Of a stretch of 64,000 nt of DNA, positions 9,908 to 19,237 are shown in pieces. Position 1 is the stretch's first letter, and every line of letters begins with the position of its first letter. Location of the stretch: the NCBI GenBank assembly GCA_963708295.1, contig CAVPSJ010000004.1:1024001-1088000 (forward strand), given 5' to 3'. A model generated the notes under the pieces. It was not told the origin of the DNA. It saw only the letters and a list, made by a program, of their open reading frames with translations, and ran no database searches. The position numbers and the translations under genes were made by a program. The stretch is from an uncultured delta proteobacterium. Lineage in GTDB: Bacteria; Desulfobacterota; BSN033; UBA1163.

Positions 9908-11248
9908 TCACGAAAAGAACGGGGCCCGGCCTCTTCCGAACCCTTTCTCTCCCATTTTAGCAAACTGCTTCATCATCTTTCGAGCCTGGGCGTACTGTTT
10001 GAGAAGCCGGTTGATCTCCTGGACGCTCGTCCCACTTCCCCGGGCAATCCTCAATCTCCGACTCCCGTTGATGATCTGATAATTGGCCCGTTCTCTTGGG
10101 GTCATAGAATTGATGATGGCTTCCACCCTACCCAATTCCTTCTCGTCGAAATCGAGCCCCCCCATCCCCTTCATCTTTTTCGGAAGTCCCGGGATCATTC
10201 CCAGGATCGATTCCAAAGACCCCATCTTCCGAACCTGTTGGATCTGGTCCCGAAAATCTTCCAGGGTAAAGGAATCTTTTCGGATCTTTTTCTCCAGCTC
10301 CTTTGCCGTTTTCTCATCGAAGGCGGCCTCTGCCTTCTCAATCAGGGTAAGGACGTCTCCCATCCCCAGAATTCTCTGGGCCATTCGATCGGGATGAAAA
10401 GGTTCCAGAGCGTCCAGCTTTTCTCCCACTCCCATAAATTTGATGGGTTTTTGTGTGACGGATTTAATCGAAAGAGCAGCTCCCCCCCGTGCGTCTCCAT
10501 CCATTTTGGTCAGAACGACTCCGTCAATGCCCAGACGGTCATTAAAATTCTTTGCGATGTTAACCGCGTCCTGCCCGGTCATCGCGTCGGCGACCAGGAG
10601 TACCTCTCTCGGCTTAATCTGAGCCTTGATCTCCCGCAGTTCGAGCATGAGGGCCTCATCGATATGCAGCCTCCCGGCGGTATCGATGAGCATCAAATCG
10701 TAACCTCCCTTCAGGGCAACGTCCCGCGCCTTCAAACAGATGTCGATCGGCGTTTGAGACGCTTCGGGACGATAGAAATCAACCTTTAACTCTTCTCCTA
10801 ATTTCTGCAACTGGTCGATCGCTGCGGGCCGGTAAACGTCAGCGGGAACGAGATAAGGTCTTTTTTTCTTTTCCTGAAAGTATCGGGCCAGTTTACCGGC
10901 GGTGGTCGTCTTTCCACAGCCGTGGAGGCCGACCAGCATAATTGGAACAGGAGGGCTTCCTGAAAGCTGAATTTTCTGCTCTTCGGCGCCCATCAAGGAG
11001 GTCAACTCTTCTCTTACAATCTTGATCAATTGCTGAGCGGGCGTCAGACTTCCCATCACTTCCTGGCCGACCGCTCTTCCCTGGACCTGCTGAATAAAAT
11101 CCTTGACGACCTTGAAATTGACATCCGCCTCCAGGAGGGCAATCCTCACCTCCTTCAGGGCTTCCTGAATGTTCTCCTCCGTCAACTTTCCGTGGCCTCT
11201 CAGCTTTTTGAAAACCGAATCTAATCTTGCCGAAAGATTTTCAAACAT
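9908..11248 (-). CDS. ffh: Signal recognition particle protein
   Basis: ALLEADVN, GCGKTTT, DTAGR, TKMDGDARGG, RILGMGD; Met-rich M domain. Confidence 0.98.
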   Translation of the reverse strand: MFENLSARLDSVFKKLRGHGKLTEENIQEALKEVRIALLEADVNFKVVKDFIQQVQGRAVGQEVMGSLTPAQQLIKIVREELTSLMGAEEQKIQLSGSPPVPIMLVGLHGCGKTTTAGKLARYFQEKKKRPYLVPADVYRPAAIDQLQKLGEELKVDFYRPEASQTPIDICLKARDVALKGGYDLMLIDTAGRLHIDEALMLELREIKAQIKPREVLLVADAMTGQDAVNIAKNFNDRLGIDGVVLTKMDGDARGGAALSIKSVTQKPIKFMGVGEKLDALEPFHPDRMAQRILGMGDVLTLIEKAEAAFDEKTAKELEKKIRKDSFTLEDFRDQIQQVRKMGSLESILGMIPGLPKKMKGMGGLDFDEKELGRVEAIINSMTPRERANYQIINGSRRLRIARGSGTSVQEINRLLKQYAQARKMMKQFAKMGEKGFGRGRAPFFS

Positions 11249-11466
11249 GCTTTAACTCCGAAAAGAATACAAATATCTTATTTTATTAATTTTTTTTCAA
11301 ATTGTCAAATTGCCTGATTCTCAAGCCGCCGTGAACCTCTGGGGATTTCTGATCTGTCACCCAACCTCCGCACCCGTAAGGGGCAGACTCCAACCAAAGT
11401 CGTGTAAGGTCGAATGGTTACGCTTCCGTTCTCACCCCGCAGAGACTGGATCTGAAAATTTTCGGA

Positions 11467-11868
11467 TTACAGTCCCTTGATGAATTTCCATTCCCTGCCC
11501 TCTTTCTTCAAAAAGAGGACCTCCTTACCGGAATAATGATTCTTTTTCTCTCCTTTTTCTACCTCCAAGTAGAATTGCTGAATAACGGTTGAAGTATCTC
11601 CTTCAATTTGGACAGATCGGTCCCAGCTGGAGTAGGTAATCCGATCGAAGGTTTTGAAATAGCCTTCAATCCGCTCTTGAAGCCGGTAAACGTCTTCCTC
11701 CTTATCCTGATAGGCCTTGGAGATGCAAGAGAGGTAAAGAGAGAGGTCCTTTTTCTGAAGGGCCTCTTGCCTTCGATTCAAAATTTGATAGATTTTTTCT
11801 TCTTCAGAAATCTGGCAGGCGAGGAGGAAAAGAACGGGGAGGACAAGCGGGAGGAACCGTTTTATCAT
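11467..11868 (-). CDS. Lipoprotein, probable NTF2/SnoaL-like fold
   Basis: Lipobox LLAC; helix-then-strand pattern ending LKKEGREWKF; overlaps the upstream stop (ATGA). Confidence 0.65.
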   Translation of the reverse strand: MIKRFLPLVLPVLFLLACQISEEEKIYQILNRRQEALQKKDLSLYLSCISKAYQDKEEDVYRLQERIEGYFKTFDRITYSSWDRSVQIEGDTSTVIQQFYLEVEKGEKKNHYSGKEVLFLKKEGREWKFIKGL

Positions 11869-13598
11869 TTCAACTTTTGAATTTCTCCGGGCAGGACCTT
11901 CACCTTGCCCCGTCCGCTCGGCCCTCCTTTTACCTCGACGCGATTCTTATCGATATCGAAGATGATTTCATCTCCTAAAACGAGATTATCTCCCTCTGAA
12001 ACTTTCGGATCACCCGTCAAAACCATTTTTTGCTCAAGGTTGTAAAAAACCGCCTTCTGGCAATGAGCGACTCGGAGCCCCTGTTGGATTTTCACATTTC
12101 CCCCGGCAGTCACCCGCTCGACTCCCTTACCGTCTTCAATGGTTACGATTTCTAAAGAATCAGCATAGATGACGATGTCTTTTTGTCGAGCAATAACATT
12201 CCCTTTGAAAATGACCAAATTTTCCTTCCAGCGGGCTTCCACGTTGTCGGAGGTGACGTCGATGGGTTGGCTCTTATCGGCGGAGATCGCAAGATTAGAC
12301 GTGGTCGTCTCCGGAGCAGCCTTCTTCTGGACGCCTATTTTCTCTCCGGAAGGCGCCGAAGTGGCAGGGAGCGCCGCCACCCTTTTCTCCTCGTCAGGTT
12401 TCACTTCTATTCTGGACGCGGTGTCGGCAGAAAGGGAAGGAGGGGGAAGCTGCGCTCGATCTTCCTTCATCGGCTCCACCGGTGGCACGGGTTCTGATTT
12501 ATTCGCTTCCTCGACGGGAGGAACGGCCTGAGCTCGACCTTCCTGAATGGGTTCAATGGCCAGCGGTGAAGCTGATTTCTTCTTTTCTTCTTCTCTTGGA
12601 GGATTTGCCTGGATCGGATCGTCCGGAATGGCGGGGGAGATCGATCTTTCGCTCTCCTTCCTCAAGTCACTCTTTTTCTCCTCCTTTAGAGAAACAGGCT
12701 GTTTTCCTTCTTCATCGAATTTGATCCAGGAAATCTTCCCCGGATCGATCGCAGCGGCCTCGTCTTTTTTGCCGGCCCCTTCGGTTTTGCGGTGAGAGGC
12801 CTCGATTTTCGCCAGGTCTTTATCGAGCATCTCCCTGGCTTCTTTGGTGTAGGAGCTCTTGGGATATTCGGTGACCATTCTCGTGAAGGCGGCTTCGGCC
12901 TTTTTCCATTGATCGAGTTCAATATAACTCTTTCCTAAGAGGTAGAGGGTTTTATCCTCTTCAGGGGTTTTAGGGAATTTCTCCAACAATCTCTCAAAAC
13001 GGGGGACAGCCGCTTCAAACCTTCCTTGCTTATAATAGAAATTCCCGATGTAGAATTCATGGTCAGCCAACCGGTTTTTGCAAACGCCAATTTTTTCCCT
13101 TGCCTTCTCGGTAAAGAGGCTGGGAGGATAGCCGGCGATGAGATATTCAAAACTGGAAAGGGCTTTTTTCGTGGGTGTCTGATCCCGATCCAGGGTGAGC
13201 ATCTGATTGAAATGAGACATCCCGATTTGAAACTGAACATAAGGGATCTCTTCATGGCTGGGATGGGTCTTCTTGAACTCTTCATAGGCCGCAATCGCTT
13301 CTACAAATTCCTTTTTCAAGAAATGGCAATCGCCGACCTTCAACTCGGCCAAAACGGTATAAGGAGGGCTATCCGGAAAGCTCGACTTCAACTCTTCGAA
13401 TTTCTTCTGGGCATCGATATAATCTCTTTTATTGAATCGAGCCAATCCTTCTCGATAGAGGGTTTCGGGGTTTCCCTCAATCTTGAGATCTTTCCCTTTT
13501 CCACCGCATCCAAAAAGCAGGGAGACCGTGATGGGCAGCCAGACCAGCCGCTTCAAAAAAGTGCTCTTTTTCATATAAAAAGTTTCCAAAAGTTCCAT
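11865..13598 (-). CDS. bamD: BamD-like lipoprotein fused via a long P/E/K-rich linker to an LptA/OstA domain
   Basis: Lipobox LFGC; TPR region with YEEFKKTHP, DRDQTPTKKA, LADHEFYIGNFY; C-terminus PIDVTSD..FKGNVIARQ..IYADSL..AGGNVKI..LTGDPKV..GRGKVKVLP. Confidence 0.85.
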   Translation of the reverse strand: MELLETFYMKKSTFLKRLVWLPITVSLLFGCGGKGKDLKIEGNPETLYREGLARFNKRDYIDAQKKFEELKSSFPDSPPYTVLAELKVGDCHFLKKEFVEAIAAYEEFKKTHPSHEEIPYVQFQIGMSHFNQMLTLDRDQTPTKKALSSFEYLIAGYPPSLFTEKAREKIGVCKNRLADHEFYIGNFYYKQGRFEAAVPRFERLLEKFPKTPEEDKTLYLLGKSYIELDQWKKAEAAFTRMVTEYPKSSYTKEAREMLDKDLAKIEASHRKTEGAGKKDEAAAIDPGKISWIKFDEEGKQPVSLKEEKKSDLRKESERSISPAIPDDPIQANPPREEEKKKSASPLAIEPIQEGRAQAVPPVEEANKSEPVPPVEPMKEDRAQLPPPSLSADTASRIEVKPDEEKRVAALPATSAPSGEKIGVQKKAAPETTTSNLAISADKSQPIDVTSDNVEARWKENLVIFKGNVIARQKDIVIYADSLEIVTIEDGKGVERVTAGGNVKIQQGLRVAHCQKAVFYNLEQKMVLTGDPKVSEGDNLVLGDEIIFDIDKNRVEVKGGPSGRGKVKVLPGEIQKLK

Positions 13599-13782
13599 AA
13601 TTATGATAGGAAGGGCTTAGGATGTCAACACAAAAATCCCTTTTGAGAGCGGGGGGAACTGGCCAAAAGGGCTTCTGGATAAAGCATCTTTTGCCTTGAA
13701 TTTAGAGCAGAAAATCTTTAAGATAACATTAAAAACCTTATCTTCATGCTCAAGGAAAATCCGAGGAAAGCGAGAAAACCCG

Positions 13783-14949
13783 ATGAAGATTGAGACAGCC
13801 AAAAGAATTGATCAAATCCCCCCTTATCTTTTTGCAGAGATTGATAAGAAGAAAGAGGAGATGCGGAAGAAGGGGACAGACATCATTGACCTGGGGATTG
13901 GGGACCCGGACCTCCCCACTCCCAAACCGATTATTGAACGGTTAAAAAAGTCGTCGGAAGATCCTAAAAACCATCGGTATCCATCCTATGAAGGAATGAT
14001 CGAGTTCAGAACAGCGGTGGCCCAATGGCTCAATAAAAGGTTTGGTGTCAAATGCAGCCCTCAGTCGGAGGTCCTTGCCCTGATCGGTTCGAAGGAAGGC
14101 ATCGCTCATATTCCTCTTGCCTTCGTTAACCCGGGAGATTACGTATTGGTCCCAAGTCCGGGATACCCTGTTTACCGTGTTTCGACACTTTTTGCGGGAG
14201 GAACCCCCTATTTTTTGCCTCTTCGTAAAGAGAATGGCTTTTTGCCCCGACTTTCAGAAATTCCCGAATCGATCGCCCAAAGAGCGAAACTGCTTTTCAT
14301 CAACTACCCCAATAACCCCACCTCCGCCATCGCTGAGAAACCCTTCTTCGAAGAGGTGGTCGCCTTTGCCCGGCGCTACCAGATCATTGTGTGCCATGAC
14401 GCGGCCTATTCCGAGGTGGCTTTTAGCGGCTATCGTCCCCTCAGTTTCTTTGAGGTCGAGGGAGCGAAAGAAGTCGGGATCGAATTCCACAGCCTCTCAA
14501 AGACTTTCAATATGACGGGGTGGAGAATCGGATTTGCGGTGGGATGCTCTGAAATCATCTCTGTTCTGGGAAGGGTGAAGACCAATATCGACTCCGGCGT
14601 TTTCCAGGCCATCCAGGAAGCCGGGATCGCCGCTTTGAATCACTTTGATACCCCGCTCCCTGAAATTATTAGAATCTATGAGGGACGACGGGATGTGATG
14701 GTGAAGGGGCTACGGGGGATCGGGTTGGAAGTGGATCAACCCAAGGCAACCTTCTATCTCTGGATTCGGATTCCGAAAGGATATACCTCTGCCCAATTCG
14801 CCTCGCTCTTGCTTGAGCGTGGAGGGATCGTGGCCACTCCTGGAAATGGTTTTGGAGAGGAGGGAGAAGGCTACATCCGGATGGCTCTTACCGTCGATGA
14901 GAAAAGGCTGGAAGAAGCGATCGAAAGACTCAAGAAGATCAAGTTCTGA
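13783..14949 (+). CDS. dapL: LL-diaminopimelate aminotransferase
   Basis: IPPYLFAEID, DLGIGDPD, IGSKEG, NYPNNPT, FHSLSKTFNMTGWRIG. Confidence 0.9.
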   Translation: MKIETAKRIDQIPPYLFAEIDKKKEEMRKKGTDIIDLGIGDPDLPTPKPIIERLKKSSEDPKNHRYPSYEGMIEFRTAVAQWLNKRFGVKCSPQSEVLALIGSKEGIAHIPLAFVNPGDYVLVPSPGYPVYRVSTLFAGGTPYFLPLRKENGFLPRLSEIPESIAQRAKLLFINYPNNPTSAIAEKPFFEEVVAFARRYQIIVCHDAAYSEVAFSGYRPLSFFEVEGAKEVGIEFHSLSKTFNMTGWRIGFAVGCSEIISVLGRVKTNIDSGVFQAIQEAGIAALNHFDTPLPEIIRIYEGRRDVMVKGLRGIGLEVDQPKATFYLWIRIPKGYTSAQFASLLLERGGIVATPGNGFGEEGEGYIRMALTVDEKRLEEAIERLKKIKF

Positions 14950-15050
14950 GGGATTTCCCTTTCACCCATCCAACCGATGGAGCACAGTCATTCATCATTT
15001 TCCTTTTCGTCTTTTTGCTAGACCCCCGACGAAGAATCCGGAGGGACACC

Positions 15051-16373
15051 ATGGAAAACCTTTTTTATGATGCCTTTCTGATAGCGATCCTCATTCTCAT
15101 GAATGGCTACCTGGCCGGGACAGAAATTGCGGTGGTGACGGCGAGGAAGAGCACCATTAAACAGCTGGCCGAAAGCGGGAAGAGAAGTGCGAAGATTTTT
15201 CTAAAACTAAAAGAGGAACCCGATCGGTTTCTGGCGACCATCCAGATCGGCATCACGGGAGTGGGTGTTCTGGCTTCCGCGGTCGGTGGCGCGGCAGCCG
15301 TCAAGGTCATTAAACCCGCCCTTCAGACGGTCCCCGTCGAAACCATTTCGCTGGCTGCCGAACCCATTTCCATCGTGATCGTGGCCGTCGTGATTACGTA
15401 TTTTACCGTGATCTTTGGGGAACTGGTGCCCAAGTCCGTTGCGTTGATGCATCCTGAAAACTTCGGTCTGTGGACGGCGAGAAGCATCGATATCTTTGCA
15501 AAGATCAATTCCATTTTCGTGAAAGTGCTCACCTTCAGCACCTCCCTCGTGCTCAGCCCCTTCGGCAGGAAACCCTTCACCGAGAGAGCGTACATTACCG
15601 AGGAAGAGGTGAAACTCTTAATAAAAGAGGGAGGGAGACACGGGGTCTTCGAGCCGGCAGAGGAAAGGATCCTCCAGAGCGTTTTTGAATTTACCGACAT
15701 GTCGGTCAAAGAGGTGATGGTCCCCGATATGCGGATGGTGGCCATCCAGATCGATCGGTCTCCCCGGGAGATCCTTTCCATCATCGAAGAGGAACAATTC
15801 TCCCGATATCCGGTCTTCGGGAGAGAGCTGAACGACATCAGGGGAATCCTCAACGCGAAAGACTTCCTGACCCTCTTTGGAAAAACAGGCCAGGTGGATG
15901 TCCGAAAGATCATTCGCGCCCCTTTTTTTATCCCCGAGACGATGAAAATCAGTCTCCTCTTAAGGGAGATGCAGAGGAGAAGAATTCATATGGCCCTGGT
16001 GGTCGATGAATATGGCGGGGTCGCAGGGCTGGTCACGATGGAGGATCTGGTAGAAGAGATCATCGGAGAGATCCGGGACGAGCATGACATCGAAAGCCCT
16101 GTGGTCCAGCTTTCGGATGGAACCCTGCTGATCGACGCATCGATCAGTCTGAAGGATTTAAAGGAGGACTATCATGTTCCCCTTCCGGAGTCTCCGGACT
16201 ATGACACCCTCGGCGGTTTCTTGATGGCCGCACTCCAAAAAATTCCCCAAGCCGGCGACATGGTCGAAATCGAAGGGAAGCGGTTGAAAATTGTTGAAAT
16301 GGTCGGCCAGCGAATCTCCAAAGTCAAACTGGAAAAGCTTCCCGAACCCGTCGAAGGACCCCCGAGCGCATAA
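15051..16373 (+). CDS. Hemolysin-family CNNM/CBS/CorC protein
   Basis: FLATIQIGIT, GELVPK, FSRYPV, VVDEYGGVAGLVTMEDLVEEIIGEI, YDTLGG. Confidence 0.92.
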   Translation: MENLFYDAFLIAILILMNGYLAGTEIAVVTARKSTIKQLAESGKRSAKIFLKLKEEPDRFLATIQIGITGVGVLASAVGGAAAVKVIKPALQTVPVETISLAAEPISIVIVAVVITYFTVIFGELVPKSVALMHPENFGLWTARSIDIFAKINSIFVKVLTFSTSLVLSPFGRKPFTERAYITEEEVKLLIKEGGRHGVFEPAEERILQSVFEFTDMSVKEVMVPDMRMVAIQIDRSPREILSIIEEEQFSRYPVFGRELNDIRGILNAKDFLTLFGKTGQVDVRKIIRAPFFIPETMKISLLLREMQRRRIHMALVVDEYGGVAGLVTMEDLVEEIIGEIRDEHDIESPVVQLSDGTLLIDASISLKDLKEDYHVPLPESPDYDTLGGFLMAALQKIPQAGDMVEIEGKRLKIVEMVGQRISKVKLEKLPEPVEGPPSA

Positions 16374-16435
16374 CGACAAGTGTATCGTTCCGTTAAGAAA
16401 CGGAACGCTCGAAGTCGAAATCGGAGAGAAAAGAA

Positions 16436-16705
16436 ATGGATTGGAAGATTTTTCTTACCACTTTCGGAACAATTTTCCTTGCCGAACTGGGTGACAAGAC
16501 ACAGTTGGCGGCCATCATGATGACTTCCAAGACAAAACTTCCCTGGTCGGTATTTGCCGGGGCCGCTCTCGCTCTGTGCCTCGTCACACTGATTGGAGTT
16601 CTCTTCGGTGAGGGTCTGATCGCCGTCATCCCCGGGAATATTCTCAAGAAGGGGGCTGCGTTAGCCTTCGTCGTCATCGGGGTATGGATGTTCTTCAGCA
16701 AATAG
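16436..16705 (+). CDS. TMEM165/GDT1 (UPF0016) single-repeat cation transporter
   Basis: IFLAELGDKTQL motif; 3 TM segments; 89 aa. Confidence 0.9.
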   Translation: MDWKIFLTTFGTIFLAELGDKTQLAAIMMTSKTKLPWSVFAGAALALCLVTLIGVLFGEGLIAVIPGNILKKGAALAFVVIGVWMFFSK

Positions 16706-16850
16706 CCTCCAGCTACATCACAACTTTACCACATAAAGAAGATTCACCGATTTTTTCACGAACAATATAAAGACAGGAGACTCTGTCCGGGATGGAGACC
16801 TAGGAGACCACATTATTTGATCTGTCCGAGCCCTTTGACAGCCACGGTGA

Positions 16851-16947
16851 GTATGACGCTCAGGCTGAGCTGTGGTGGGCCGCAGCGAGAAACGCAAACT
16901 GAGACGGTCTGATATAAGAACAAGCCGTTAGCTCCAGCCCGTTAGGC
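16851..16947 (-). other. attC-like site (degenerate R')
   Basis: Minus strand GCCTAAC-GGGCTGGAGCT...AGCTCAGCCTGAGC-GTCATAC, 3 nt after the stop of 16951..17373. Confidence 0.7.
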
Positions 16948-16950
16948 AGC

Positions 16951-17373
16951 CTAATAGCTACGACACCCTTTAAAGTTGCACATCTTATTATTTGTTTTTG
17001 TTGAGCCACAACTGAAATATAGTTCTCCTGTCCGCCATGATCTTTTTGCATATACATAAGGATACCCACATTTTGGGCAAGAGCCAGTAGCTATCTGACC
17101 TTTAAAATCTGGGCGAGAATAGGGTGTTTTCGCGCTAGTATTAACCTCATTTTCCTTGTCGGGCGAAATTATCAAATAATCACTTTTCCCTTTGTACATT
17201 CCAATACTAATTCTTGCAATATAATAAAACACATAAAGAACCGCCATAATTATGACAATTTGAACAATGCGATACCAATTCGCGCTCGAATATTTTTCAA
17301 AATATTTCTCAAAATCTTTCCCAAATAATATCTCTAGAGCTTTTATTAGAAGGTTGATAATAAAATGGATCAT
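16951..17373 (-). CDS. Membrane protein with C-terminal zinc ribbon (gene cassette)
   Basis: TM helix, then CPKCG...YFSC...CNF; AT-rich; bounded by GTTCGGCAG and CTGCCTAAC. Confidence 0.75.
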   Translation of the reverse strand: MIHFIINLLIKALEILFGKDFEKYFEKYSSANWYRIVQIVIIMAVLYVFYYIARISIGMYKGKSDYLIISPDKENEVNTSAKTPYSRPDFKGQIATGSCPKCGYPYVYAKRSWRTGELYFSCGSTKTNNKMCNFKGCRSY

Positions 17374-17405
17374 TGTATGAATTGGTCCCTATAATTAATT
17401 TATCT

Positions 17406-17541
17406 GCCGAACGAAAAGGCTTACCGGGAGCCGGATTTATCCGGCTAAGGCCCGATGATTTCTGCGAACCGCCCATTGCGGACCCGCATGATGGGTGGTG
17501 TGGGGAGGGACGGCTAACTACCGTCCCTTACCCGATTGGGC
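17406..17541 (-). other. attC site interrupted by a group II intron remnant
   Basis: R'' GCCCA 2 nt after the stop at 17544; R' GTTCGGC at 17412-17406; internal hairpin agccggataaatccggct. Confidence 0.7.
17466..17536 (+). mobile_element. Group II intron (class C) 3' end, domains V-VI only
   Basis: GAACCGCCCATTGCGGACCCGCATGATGGGTGGTGTGGGGAG (DV), GGGACGG-ctaacta-CCGTCCC-TTACCCGAT (DVI and AT end). Confidence 0.88.
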
Positions 17542-17543
17542 CG

Positions 17544-18716
17544 TCAATTCCGTTTCTCAAATGCAGAACATGGGCACGATTCTTTATGTTCGATTTTAAT
17601 GACTTCTTTTCCTTTAGCATCTATAGTCAATTTCTTAGCTGAATTCGTATAACCTTTGGTTTCCGGATCTTTAACCCAATAGTTCCATAGAATATAACCT
17701 TCTTTAGTTACAATGACTGGGTACCATTCCGCCTCATCACCTTGTTGGAGACAAGGTAAATAGTCATGAACTTCAATTATCAGGTTTTGCTTTTTGTTCT
17801 CTACATTCAACTTCCATAGTTGTCGACTGGACTTTTTGGTTCTAAAAAAATAAATTGAATCTCCGTCTGATGACCACGCAGGGTATTCTCCACTAATTTT
17901 GATTATTGATTGTCCTGTCTTTGTACTGAAAACCTTAATTTCTTCTGGCTTATGATAATAACTAGTATGCCAAAAAAACTTACAATTAGGACTAAATATT
18001 GCCATGCCTCCAGGTAACTTGAAAACAGAACCGGATGAATTTATAAAATAAATATTATCACTTTCTTTTTCTTCTGAATCCCATTTTTCTTCCCAAGAAA
18101 GTTCTATATTAGGACAATCTTTTCCTAAAGGCCATCCGCTAACGCCAAAACATTTTTCTTTGGAAGAATGTTCATTTTGAGGTTCCATTATACAATCGTC
18201 GGAATAGCAATATATCCCTTTAAGAGGAATCTCTTGAATTTTGCCTTCTTTGATGTTTGTAGACCATGCTTTGATAACACTATAGTCAGACTTATTTATA
18301 AGAGCGAAGATTGGATTCTTGAAACCATTATATTTTAGATCATGGTCCTTACTATCCCCGACTTTAATTTTTTGATTATTATTGAGACTTACTTTTATGA
18401 CGTCGATTACCTTACGGTTACAGACCAACCATAAGTAATGTTCCTTACTGCTTTTAACATGCAAAAGGTCAAACACCAATTGATCAATAGGCTCTCCTTT
18501 TTTACCAATAATATGCTTAATAACAAATTGATGTTCAATCCCATGATACCTTTTGGGCAATCTAGATTTTTGAAATAATTCATTATATTCTATTATCGTA
18601 CCAATGATGTTGGAAACATCTTGATCTGCTGTTTCTGCAGCAACGCATATATTAAAAAATAATAATGAATATAAAAATAAGGAATAACTCGATAACATCA
18701 AAAGATTTCTCCTCAT
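17544..18716 (-). CDS. Secreted hypothetical protein, possible C-terminal beta-propeller/TolB-like repeats (gene cassette)
   Basis: Signal peptide; very AT-rich; YPAWSSDGDSIYF resembles a PD40-type repeat. Confidence 0.7.
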   Translation of the reverse strand: MRRNLLMLSSYSLFLYSLLFFNICVAAETADQDVSNIIGTIIEYNELFQKSRLPKRYHGIEHQFVIKHIIGKKGEPIDQLVFDLLHVKSSKEHYLWLVCNRKVIDVIKVSLNNNQKIKVGDSKDHDLKYNGFKNPIFALINKSDYSVIKAWSTNIKEGKIQEIPLKGIYCYSDDCIMEPQNEHSSKEKCFGVSGWPLGKDCPNIELSWEEKWDSEEKESDNIYFINSSGSVFKLPGGMAIFSPNCKFFWHTSYYHKPEEIKVFSTKTGQSIIKISGEYPAWSSDGDSIYFFRTKKSSRQLWKLNVENKKQNLIIEVHDYLPCLQQGDEAEWYPVIVTKEGYILWNYWVKDPETKGYTNSAKKLTIDAKGKEVIKIEHKESCPCSAFEKRN

Positions 18717-18834
18717 AACACCACCTATGTTTACACTACTAAGATTTAGTATCCATAACTCAAAGCCACAATAAACAGAATGTTTTGTAAAAAATCATAG
18801 AGTGTCTCCGCCATTAGCGCCGCGCGCAGCGCGG

Positions 18835-18852
18835 CGCTAACAATTAATAGAC
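18835..18852 (-). other. attI-like cassette insertion junction
   Basis: GTCTA-TTAATT-GTTAGCG; same spacing recurs at 5233-5247 and 51029-51043. Confidence 0.5.
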
Positions 18853-19237
18853 GAATTTCGTAGTTGCTTGGAATCGAGTCCTCAAGTTCCAGCTTTTTAC
18901 CAGTTTTAGGCGCTTTTGTATAGGAAATTGTACATAATTGTTGATTCTATTTCGTGTTTTCCCCGTAATAGCATGAAATACGAACTTCGCATAACATCGG
19001 ATTTTTGGCAAACTTAGGGGTCATGATTAAGAAATATGCTTCAACCTCAGTTTCAAGACTCCTGTTTTCTCGTTTCCTAGTCGCTGCAAAAAATGGGCCT
19101 TTTTATGCTCACAACAAGGAAAAAGAAGGTGAGAAATTTGGAATCACGACTTCAGGAAGGGGTATTTGGGCAGGAGTTCGGCGGGAAAACAAATCGCACT
19201 TATTTGAGAAACTGAAGCACGTTCCCCGGGACTGCTC

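Noticed and set aside
11324-11457. SRP (4.5S) RNA or 6S RNA next to ffh
   Set aside because: The SRP core motif (CAGG..GGAAGGAAGCAG) is absent and resemblance to 6S is limited to a few bases; kept only as an unassigned candidate.
18984-19011. dif/pdif site (ACTTCGCATAA resembles a XerC arm)
   Set aside because: There is no XerD arm (TTATGTTAAAT-like) after the 6-bp spacer.
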